A DNA stretch of 64,000 bases from Proteromonas lacertae. Taxonomy: Eukaryota. The notes below the pieces were generated by a model. It saw nothing but the letters and a program-made list of their open reading frames with translations. It searched no databases and was not told the origin of the DNA. Of the stretch, positions 54,578 to 64,000 are shown piece by piece; positions within the stretch are counted from its first letter, which is position 1, and each line of letters starts with the position of its first letter. Both the position numbers and the translations under genes were made by a program. The stretch lies in the NCBI GenBank assembly GCA_002245135.1, contig NGBS01000292.1, forward strand, positions 62,001-126,000, read 5' to 3'.

Positions 54578-55831
54578 TTATAGTATTAAAGGAAATAAAC
54601 AAGAGCAACCATTCCCACCACTCCAAAATCCTCCATTAGGAACTACTCTGTGACAAATTGGACAACCAACATTAAGACTCAACCATTCATTAATACAGTC
54701 ATTACAAAAATAATGTGAACATGACAATTTAATTGGTTCAACAATTTCACTGTGACATAATCCACATTGCTATTATAAATATAAAATAGAATACTGTAGG
54801 TACATTTTCAATGTTTTGATCAATTAGCAACACTCTTTCACCATACGTCTATATGCATATAAAATATTAAAATAATAATAATAATAATGATATATATATA
54901 CAATTGTAGAATTACATAATTCACTTGATTTGATTATTAAACTTTCCAAAAATTGAGTGAATATGTAAATCTTGAGGATGATATATAAAGATGATAAAAA
55001 TACACTACCACTCTATTATTAATAATTAATTTTATAATTTATACACTATAAAAAGCAAACCAATTTACTGATGGTATTAAAAACCTTATACATATTACTA
55101 TATGTTCAATTGTTGAGAAATACTGACACTATAAATATAAATATAATTCTATTAATACATACTCTTTTATAATAAAACCTTTTGGAGTTTTCTTTATTAT
55201 AATTAATTATTGACAATGGATATTTTATAAATATAATTGTTGAATATACTATAAATGTGTCTATTATAAAACATCTATAAATTGTTGAAAAAAAATCACG
55301 TTTTATGCCTTTTATATTCATCATATACATTGATTTCAATATATATGAATAAGGCTCTCGAATGAAGAAAAAATGTAATACAAATAGATTGATTATGTAA
55401 AGAATGGGTAAAACGTGAAATCCATTTACAAGCTTTGTTTCTCTCTGCAGCACTTGGTTTTTGATAATCGTATCTGTTTTGCTTAACATTAATTTGAAGT
55501 ATAAAAACGCTAAAATACCTAAAAAATGTTCGTTTAGAAATATATAACCTAATATTAGCAATAGAGCTGTGTTAACATATGATGATCTATCAATCATATT
55601 GGCATTCCTCCAACCATTCGTCATTTGATTATATACAGAGTATATTGATTCTTCTTCCTCCTCTTCAGTATTTTGCTGATTATCTTGAGAAAGTTGTTGA
55701 TTTTGTAGAGATTGTTGTTCATTAATTTGTTGTGAATTTAAATTATCATATCCACAATAATTGCAAACAGTTACAGATTCATTGTTTAGCATACTGCAAC
55801 GAGGACATAGCCATGAATTATTCTGTGGCAT
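54578..55831 (-). CDS. RNFT1/2-like RING + transmembrane E3 with N-terminal RanBP2 zinc finger
   Basis: WLCPRCSMLN...CNYC, several hydrophobic helices, CGLC..PIKLSCSHYFCNDCINEWL..CPIC. Confidence 0.8.
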
Positions 55832-56008
55832 TTTAAATTAACAAAAAAGATTATCAAGCTTTTTGAATGCTTGAGTTTTAAAATGTTAATATTTCATTAT
55901 GTAACTATTATATATATTAGAAAATTTATTATGCGAATTGATTAATCACGCATAAAGCAATTAACACAACTATATAATCGAAAAAACTTAAGTTTACGAA
56001 TTATTAGA

Positions 56009-57107
56009 TTATTTCCAATTCTTAGAAAGATACAAGATAGATCCAGGTTTTAATCCATGCAAATACATCAGTTTATTCTGTATAAAATCATTGGACATAT
56101 CTTCAGTAAATTCATCTCTTTTCTTCCCCATTATATTCTTAAAATTATCAACATTAGCATGTTTTAATAATAAACCTAAATATACATCATCAAAACTAAT
56201 TACTTGATCCATTTCATAAGATGCTATTGATACTTTATTAACAGTATTTTCTGACAGTAGAATCATTGGTCCTTGAGGAAATTTGGGGTATGTTTCATTT
56301 GGATATGCAGACTCAGGAATATAACTTACACTCTTTGGATTTCTATTAGGTTTACCATAATAAATGGAACCAATAACTGGATGAATGACTTTTTCATTTT
56401 CAAAATTGTGTAAGTAAAATGGTAAACTAAAATATGTGTCACTCTGATGATCCACATAGTATTTATAATTTTTACATTTTTGATTTATCCATCTAATTGA
56501 TGATATTAGTAAATAAGGTAAAAGATAATAATGACAAATAAAATCAAACTGAATAATATCTCCATATTTCTTATTCTCTTCTTCCACAAGATTATTTATT
56601 GTATCATTCTTACTGAGTGAAATAAAGAAATAATATTGTATAAAGTATGAATATTTGTTATATATTTCTCTGAAAACATATCTATCTAAAAATGCATCTG
56701 GTTTGCATGTTATTCCAATTATAAGTGACATGTTTTCTTTACAAATATTTGTTGCTTCAAATACTGGGTTAATTTCAATTGGAAAGGGCAACATATAATC
56801 ATGTTTTTCAAATTTTTTGGTTGGTTTTTTGGCTCCTTCATACTTTATTCCGCATTTCAAACTCTTATTTGTGCAATGATCATAATGATTGAATAAATCT
56901 GTAATGTTTGATTTTATTTCATTTTCTAGCGACAAAAATGATTCTGATAATATCAAATGATTACTACTTTCTCCATCTTCTTCTTCAGTTGTAGATGCAT
57001 CTCTAAAATACTTCTTATTATGATTAAAAGGCAGTACATAAGTATAAATAACTATGATCAATGGTATACATATAGCCAAAATGATGAATACCAGTGAAAA
57101 TATTCAT
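56009..57107 (-). CDS. GT31 beta-1,3-glycosyltransferase-like, intronless
   Basis: EENKKYGDIIQ.DF, YP.FPQGP, FDDVYLG. The signal anchor needs a 1-nt correction right after the ATG at 57107. Confidence 0.8.
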
Positions 57108-57491
57108 CTTTCGTTGAAATATGAAATTTGGCTTGAATAAATTTGTTCTTATATTCACTGATTTGGATATACTTGAGATTATTCGACATAAGATTTGTAT
57201 ATTAAATACGATACTTAATAAATAAATGCGATGGTTCTTGCTTTTATAGTTATTCATTTCTTTATATTGTAAAAATCTTCACAACTTTATTAGAAATGAT
57301 ATATTACACTACAAAATACGTAATTGACATATTAAAAATATAATATAAAGGTATTAAAATAAATCAAGATTTTAAGAAATCTTTAAAATACACATGAATT
57401 GCAAAAGTAACTAAATATTATACCACCACAAACAATTAAAACATAAAACATATTACACTATAAATGGCTAAACTTAATTCACTTATTAACT

Positions 57492-58547
57492 TCAATTCAT
57501 TGATAAATAATAAATCGCAGCTGGTTGCAAACCATGAATCCACAACATTCTGTTTTTAATATAACTTTTCTTCATACTTCTTCTATATTCATCTCTTTTA
57601 TACTTCTCAATACATTTGATCTTATTCACATCAATTCTTGAATAATTTATCAACAATCCAATATAAACATCATCAAAACAAATCACTTTATCCATCACAT
57701 AAGATGCTTTCTCTAATTTATTAATTGTATCTTCAGAAAACAGTATACAAGGTCCTTGAACAAATGGTGGGTAATAATCATCTTTATAATATTTCTTAGG
57801 CATATAAGAAACATAATTAACACTTCTACAAACTAATGGTTTTAAATACAGATTACCAATAACAGGATGAGTAATATCATTATCAAACATTTTGAGATAG
57901 AATGGAATGTTGAAAAATATATCACTTTGATGATCAACTAAATACTTGTAGTTTTTACAACGTTTCTTAATCCATCTTATTGCTCCAATTACTTGTAATG
58001 TTATTAGATAATATCCTCCTGTGAAATCATATTGAATAATATCATCATATTTGTTGTTTTCTTCTTTGATTAAATCATTAACTTTCTGTTTAACACTTTT
58101 GGTGGTAAAAAAGTAGTATTTAATGAATGAGTATTGATTATATATCTTTCTATACACATGTCTTCTCATAAATGATCCTGGCGAACAAGTTATGGCAATT
58201 ATCAACTTCTCATTCTCTCTACATTTTGATTTGGGTTGAATTATAATATTCAACTTTACTGGAAATGGCAGAAGGTAATTATGAGGAGTGAATTTGGTTG
58301 TAATCTTTTTTCTTCCTTCATACATCAACCCACACCTCAATGAATCTGTTTTACAACTATTGTACTTATCAACTTTGAAATTTAAATTAGTGTTTAAACG
58401 ATTTTCTAACTTTTCATAACTATCTAATTCACTTATCTTTATAACATACTTATTAGGAAAATCTACTAGTGATCTACTGTTTCTAATAGATTTTTTCTTT
58501 ATGTGATATATACACAACACAAACAACAATAATAAAACGAAATACAT
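57492..58547 (-). CDS. GT31 beta-1,3-glycosyltransferase-like tandem paralog, intronless
   Basis: EENNKYDDIIQYDF, YPPFVQGP, FDDVYIG, N-terminal signal anchor. Confidence 0.82.
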   Translation of the reverse strand: MYFVLLLLFVLCIYHIKKKSIRNSRSLVDFPNKYVIKISELDSYEKLENRLNTNLNFKVDKYNSCKTDSLRCGLMYEGRKKITTKFTPHNYLLPFPVKLNIIIQPKSKCRENEKLIIAITCSPGSFMRRHVYRKIYNQYSFIKYYFFTTKSVKQKVNDLIKEENNKYDDIIQYDFTGGYYLITLQVIGAIRWIKKRCKNYKYLVDHQSDIFFNIPFYLKMFDNDITHPVIGNLYLKPLVCRSVNYVSYMPKKYYKDDYYPPFVQGPCILFSEDTINKLEKASYVMDKVICFDDVYIGLLINYSRIDVNKIKCIEKYKRDEYRRSMKKSYIKNRMLWIHGLQPAAIYYLSMN

Positions 58548-58676
58548 TTCCAAAAATTAATTCGTTTCAACTTTCTTATTTTAACTCAAAAACAAACAAA
58601 TAAACAATATAAATAATCTAAATATATTAAATAATAATTTATATAATATAGAATAATAGAAGTAAATATGATATAT

Positions 58677-58754
58677 ATTCATCAGAGGGCTTGGAAAAAC
58701 ATAATGCTATAATCACAGTATTTTATATCATAATAATATGATTCATCACTGAAT
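58677..58754 (-). ncRNA. Box C/D snoRNA
   Basis: Box C GTGATGA (58749-58743), box D CTGA (58685-58682), terminal stem ATATATATTCA/TGAATATATAT. Guide TTTTTCCAAGCCC is complementary to GGGCUUGGAAAAA. Confidence 0.85.
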
Positions 58755-58777
58755 ATATATCATATAATAAGAATAAA

Positions 58778-58857
58778 ATTATATCGTCTTCAGATTGAGT
58801 AGGAGTAAAAAGTATTCATCAAATGAATCAGAACCAAACACTCATCATCGATATAAT
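58778..58857 (-). ncRNA. Box C/D snoRNA
   Basis: C ATGATGA (58848-58842), D' CTGA (58831-58828), C' TTGATGA, D CTGA (58793-58790). 9-bp terminal stem ATTATATCG/CGATATAAT. Guide CTCCTACTCAA. Confidence 0.9.
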
Positions 58858-58937
58858 AAGAGAAATATATATATACCTTAATTATCAAATCTTCCCTCCC
58901 TTTTTCTTTTATATCATAATCTACAATATAATATTAA

Positions 58938-59080
58938 ATATATGACAGTATTGAGGAGTATAAAAGTAAGTAAAATATCTGATATATCCTATTCTCTTAA
59001 CTTCATCACATTTGCTTTATAGACCACCGCGAAACATTAAAAATATTAGAAAAAGCATATCATGTTTTAGAAATGGTCAA
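58938..59080 (-). ncRNA. Box H/ACA-like snoRNA
   Basis: Hairpin GACCA/TGGTC plus AAACAT/ATGTTT with internal pocket, H-box AAAGCA, weaker second hairpin, ATA box. Confidence 0.6.
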
Positions 59081-59156
59081 AATAGTAGATAATTATGATT
59101 TATAAATACCTTTCTTTATACACTTTCTTCTTCATTTAATATTCTATTATTATTAA

Positions 59157-59293
59157 ATATATGATAGTCTCGAGAGAATATAACAATAAAATCAATTACA
59201 CTCTGATCTAACATATCATAGAGTGATATTTAGACCTTTTGGAAAACATATAGATTAGAATAATAATGAATATGTTTTTGGTATAAAGGTCAA
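59157..59293 (-). ncRNA. Box H/ACA-like snoRNA
   Basis: GACCTTT/AAAGGTC and AAAACATAT/ATATGTTTT stems, H-box ATATCA, second hairpin, ATA box. Confidence 0.7.
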
Positions 59294-59398
59294 ATAAATA
59301 TAAGAAAAAGTAAAATCATTATTATAAATATATACCTCTACTGTCAATTCTTTCATTCTCTGATTGTTTATCTTTTATATATATACATTATCTATATA

Positions 59399-59536
59399 AA
59401 ATGTAGTATTACTAACTAGCTCAACGAAAATTCAAAAGGTTCAGTCGTTAGGTAACGATTAATACAATTATAATATATGATAACAATAGAACGATATAAA
59501 TATATATATTATTATATATCGAGCGCTGTTGTCAAT
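59399..59536 (-). ncRNA. Box H/ACA snoRNA
   Basis: GACAACA/TGTTATC plus CGATATA/TATATCG, H-box ATATTA, GTATTA/TAATAC plus TAACGA/TCGTTG, ACA box. Confidence 0.78.
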
Positions 59537-59655
59537 GAATAAGAAAGAAAAAAAATGATAATTAATATATACATACTTGTCTTTTTATCTTCATTCACTA
59601 CAATATTATTTCATTCAAAAGAATTGGATGTGATGACTATAAATATAAGATAAAT

Positions 59656-59793
59656 GGATGTAATTGATTTATTTGGTTTAAATATTTATCAAGATTAAAT
59701 ATTAAACTGGTCAAACCAAGTATAATAGATATAAGCATTCCAGATAAACAAGTATGACGTTAAAAATGCCATATATGTCAGTATGAATGCTAA
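59656..59793 (-). ncRNA. Box H/ACA-like snoRNA
   Basis: AGCATTC/GAATGCT hairpin, second hairpin with AATATTTA/TAAATATT, ACA box. H-box not clean. Confidence 0.62.
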
Positions 59794-59872
59794 TAAAAGT
59801 AGAAATATACATACACTTCAATATATCATTCTTTAAGATGAGCTTGACTTATTTCAATACCTATAAAAATTA

Positions 59873-60045
59873 GTATATCCGATTAAAGGAGACATTATTA
59901 ACATTGAGTGTTAATAATGTACTATGATAATCTTAAAATATAGAAAAGTAAAGACAGCCAATAGTGGTAAGTAGAAAAACTCTAAATATCACAAGGTCCT
60001 ATCATTACACAAGATGTGTTAAGGATTACTGTAGTTACAATTCAT
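59873..60045 (-). ncRNA. Long H/ACA snoRNA predicted to guide pseudouridylation in LSU helix 69
   Basis: 3' hairpin GATTA/TAATC with perfect 12-bp upper stem. Pocket TCATAGT + CTCCT pairs with GGGAG-UA-ACUAUGA. ATA box about 14 nt from the target. Confidence 0.8.
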
Positions 60046-60288
60046 ATTTCAAGTAATAATAGAATAATAAAAATACATTAACTATTTGTTGCTCCTAAAA
60101 ATGTAATGCAATCTAGAAAATGCATGATGAAAAATGTAAGTAAATGATTGGATGTTCTAAAAGCTTGAAGGTTTGCTTAATTTAATTTTGATAAGCCTCA
60201 TAGCAAAATAAATTATATAGTAAATTATTGCATTCCATATTCACATAAATAATTCTATTTTGCATCGTTTTTCTTTTCTTTTTATTTC

Positions 60289-62987
60289 ATGTTTGGCAAG
60301 CATAAGAATGAATTGACGAAGGAAGATAGAGGTAGACCATTGAAAGATGTATGAAAAATATAATATTGATGAATAGATATCAAAATGGCTTCAAAATCTC
60401 ATATATCTAGGTGAAAATGATGACTGTGAAATACTCAAAGATCCAATAAATCAGATAATGCAAGTTTATAGTATAATGAGTATTAATAAAGCAAATAGAC
60501 CAATGTAATGCAATGATTAAGGAGGATACTAGCACTGGACCTGATAATTTATCTAATCAATTCAAGGAGATGATTGTGAGATGGTATATTTGCATTAATA
60601 TTACATATATCGAAATAGTGGTGAAGAAATGCCAATAAGAACCCCATTATATGGTTCATTTGTTGCTTATAATATCATTTTCATAAATTTCGATATGAAT
60701 ATTCTTTAACGAAATATAATTAACAAAAATAAAAACGAATACATCGATGATATACTTCAAATAACTATGACTCATTTAAATGAAAACCTGATAAGTGGTG
60801 ATACTCGTAAAACTCGATTAATTCTAAGATTTATTACTGAATTAATGAACAATCACGTCATTACCTTCAATAGTTATTCAGAACTCATTGATTCATTAGT
60901 AAACCATGCTATTAGTAATAACAGTGTAGTAGGATATATGGAATGGCTATTTTATATAGTACTTTGTGCAATACCATTTGTATATATTTTTTATTTATTT
61001 TTATATAAAAATAGTGTCGAACTGAATATATTAAAGACAATATACCAATAATTCAATCAATATTATCAAAGATAGAAACTAATAATCGTGGAAATGTAAC
61101 TTATCCAATCTCCAAATCACCATTTATCAATGAACAACTAGAAAAACCAACTCATCAATTGTTACAGAATATTCAGTCAATAAGTTTTGAAGAATATCAT
61201 CATAGTTGTTTTATTATGAGAATATATAAATTATTTGAAAGTATATATTTATTTATATATTTATAGGTTATGAGTTTATGGATGATTCATCAGAGATGGA
61301 AATTGATTCAGAATCCTTACTACACAATTTACAAATTGATTTACCAACAATTGTATATTTATATAAATATATTATATAGGATTCTACTCATATTTATACA
61401 CTTCATTCAATCTTCAATCAACATGATATCAATGCGAATACCAAACAAGTTCGAGTTGAAGATTTAATAATCATTAGACAATATGTGATGGATATAATTG
61501 ATGGATTTTCTAAAGATCCTAATACAATAACCAAGCTTATCTCAAACCTTCATACCTCATCTAGTAGTTTAATCTATAAAGATGAATCTCCCATTGATGT
61601 TAATTATTATTCTAATATACATTATATTACAATGGATATATTGATAAGTTTCATTATCAATATTCCTGTAATGGAATATCCAATTGTTATGTTTAATAGA
61701 GTTACTCAGATGTTGGTGATAAAAGCAGATAGTACTAAATTTGCTAAATGTGTATGATATATATATATATATATTTCTCATTTTTAAACCTGTTTTTTTT
61801 TGCTGTTACTTTTACTTTGTTTATTCTCTCTCATTCTTCATTACTTTATTATCTTTATTTCAATAGATGGCTCAATATGTATTTGCCTTAACTGAAAAGT
61901 TTTTCAAACTGCGTTTATTATGTCGAGACAGAATTACCGAATGGTTTGCATCTTATTTATACTCGGTAAGTTATGAATGGCCTTGGAAAAAGTGGCAAGA
62001 AATACCAAACTACTCAAGCACAGATTCAAGATATTTATTTTTAAATGATCTATTTTCTATATTAAATCAATACTCAAGAGATTTGAAAAATAATGAAAAA
62101 ATAGCTAGAGAGTTTAGAGAAGAATTTATATTGGATTTATCTATTAATTTCAACTTTTTGAATAGTTATGATGATGAATTAAATGGAATAATTGAGAAAA
62201 TAGATAAAACTGTTCAGCAAATTGCTTCTAAAAAGACAGCTGAAGAAATCCATGCATTTATAGAATCTGAAGTTATTGCTGTAAAAGTTGAACAGTCAAA
62301 AAAGAAGAATAAAAAAAGTAAAAAAAGCAACAAAATGGAAGATGATGATGATGATAATGAAAACAAGAATTTAGAGGAAGAAGACGATGATGATGATGAT
62401 GATGACGAAGATGAAAAAGATGATGAAGAAGAAGGTGAAATAAAACAACCAAAAACATTAACAAAAAGAGAAGAGATATTAATATTTTTACCATCCTTCT
62501 TAAAACAATCATCCATAAGTTATCAACATTTAAAGATTTATACTGAAAGATATAAAGATTATATTAGATCACTCACTCTATCAGATAATGGTGAAGTTTC
62601 AGTAGAAAATAGTCAATTGATAATTAATATTATATGTAATTGTCTTTTGAGACATTATCATCAACAATATGTTATATATGAGAATTTTATGAGGAATGAT
62701 ATTATTAAAAGTCATTTGATTGTTGAACATTTGATTAAAAACCAAGAAGATACTGCAAAACCATTGATATATCAGTATAATAATATCTTTATTTATTTAT
62801 CTATATAGTTATAATTATTATTGGATTATAATTAATATATTGAAATATTTATACTTCAATAAGAAAGAAGATGATCTTAATAGTTGTTTAGATATATATA
62901 TCAAGTTAATTCCTGTTCATTTTATATATGATGATAATGAATTTAAGAGATTGTGGTGTGATAGAATTGAAGAATTAATATATGAAG

Positions 62988-63025
<38 letters not shown>

Positions 63026-63138
63026 TACTATAGATGCAATCTTTAAATATTGATATTCTTGATAGAGTTAAGTCATTGTTCACTAAACCACCAATGAACA
63101 CTTTCAGTGATGGAAATATACATTGTTTTACACCTTAA
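60289..63138 (+). CDS. NCBP1: Nuclear cap-binding protein subunit 1 (CBP80)
   Basis: LIYLGE, TPLYGSFVAYIN, RLILRFITEL, CRDRITEWFASYL..SYEWPWKKW, S.SYQH...ERY. Confidence 0.8.
60672..60719 (+). other. U12-type intron, AT-AA termini (NCBP1)
   Basis: ATATCATTTT...TTCTTTAAC...ATAA. Yields FVAY-I-NKNKNEY in frame with ORF 60767. Confidence 0.78.
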
Positions 63139-63206
63139 AAAAAAATAAAAAAAATAAAGAAAACATATATTATTATTATTATTGCTTGTTTGTTTGTTTT
63201 GGATGG

Positions 63207-63600
63207 TTATATTTCATATGATATGGTGTATTTATTCTCTGAAAGTGCTAATTTTAAGAAATAGAGGCACATTGAACTTATAAATAAAGATCTAATAGGA
63301 TGCTCATTACAATAAGCAAATAAATCTTTTGGAATCTATAAAATTATTATCACACAATAGATTACACTAAATATTCTACTAAGTATGTCATCTCCATAAA
63401 AGAAAAGCCCAAAATCAAATATTCTATCTCTTAGCGTCAAACCATTACACATGCTACATTTTATAGATAGAAACAATAATATACTATGTTCTATAACAGA
63501 TATAAGTTACTCTAACAGCATCCTTACAAAAATCATATAATTCTTTCACCATATAGGTAATATAACTGTTTCTATTGCTTTTACCATCATTTTCATCCAT
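63207..63600 (-). CDS. Small hypothetical protein (2 short introns)
   Basis: MDENDGK... splices through two GT-AG introns to IPKDLFAYCNEHPIRSL...YEI*. Confidence 0.5.
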
Positions 63601-63872
63601 TCTATCTTAAATAATAGGGAATAATAGTTTTTTGAGCTTTATTTAGTGCTTAAAATAACAGCTAAAATTATATTACTTTTTGAGCAACTTTTAAAATAAA
63701 TACAATGAATAAAAAATTATAAATAAATTATTACATAAAATGATATTTTAAATCTTCATATACTTTATTCTTCATTGCAAGTTGTTCATATTCTTGGTGA
63801 CTATAGAAAATTAGATTACCCAAATAACCAGTCTATAATAGAAACTAATATTTGTTTCAAAGAATTCTTTTT

Positions 63873-63991
63873 GCACATATCTTACATAAGCTTTACAAAT
63901 ACATCGAGGTTGAGAATTTTATAAACTACTAAATACATATGCAAAGATCTTATAGGATGCTTATATATGTATAAGAGTAAGTTTTTGGTAT
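63873..63991 (-). CDS. Last exon of a probable tandem paralog of 63207-63600 (partial)
   Basis: After a TAG acceptor reads IPK.LLLYIYKHPIRSL, needing a 1-nt correction. Confidence 0.4.
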
Positions 63992-64000
63992 CTATAACAA

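Larger units (their letters stand above)
58600..60150 (-). ncRNA. Non-coding snoRNA host gene (7 short exons, 6 long introns)
   Basis: GT-AG introns at about 59861-60076, 59637-59814, 59392-59576, 59144-59335, 58921-59109 and 58618-58876, each holding structured RNA. Exons lack an ORF. TTTGTTTGTT 3' element at 58591-58600; AAGCTTGA at 60161. Confidence 0.8.

Noticed and set aside
59000..59010. TGATGA box C-like word inside host intron 5
   Set aside because: No matching box D at suitable distance; lies within an H/ACA-like fold.
60077..60125. ATG in the first exon of the snoRNA host as a protein start
   Set aside because: Stops after about 15 codons; the spliced exons give no longer ORF.
1..64000. 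Alternative genetic code (stop reassignment) to explain fragmented ORFs
   Set aside because: In-frame stops fall in short GT-AG or U12 introns, and TAA, TAG and TGA all end genes.

Overview
Very AT-rich, gene-dense eukaryotic nuclear DNA using the standard code. About 29 protein genes or pseudogenes, most split by tiny (about 26-35 nt) GT-AG introns, with TGTTTGTT-like elements after many 3' ends. This architecture and gene set suggest a Blastocystis/Opalinata-like stramenopile (inference, not verified). Gene models were spliced by hand, so boundaries are approximate. Housekeeping genes include VPS53, VPS13, VAMP7, EMC6, PIG-V, NAA20, a UBE3C-like HECT ligase, NCBP1 and a gamma-carbonic anhydrase. 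Accessory families include (pseudo)kinase-LRR, SPRY-like, BTB and GT31 genes. Two signals are invisible in the ORF track. (1) The ORF-free interval at 58.6-60.15 kb is a minus-strand non-coding snoRNA host gene. Its six unusually long introns carry five H/ACA-like and two C/D snoRNAs, one of which matches LSU helix 69. (2) There are seven U12-type introns, five of which appear to end in AT-AA rather than AT-AC. Also present: a hAT element with 11-bp TIRs and an 8-bp TSD, a candidate polyadenylation-created stop codon, recurrent promoter motifs, and scattered single-base frameshifts that are probably assembly errors.
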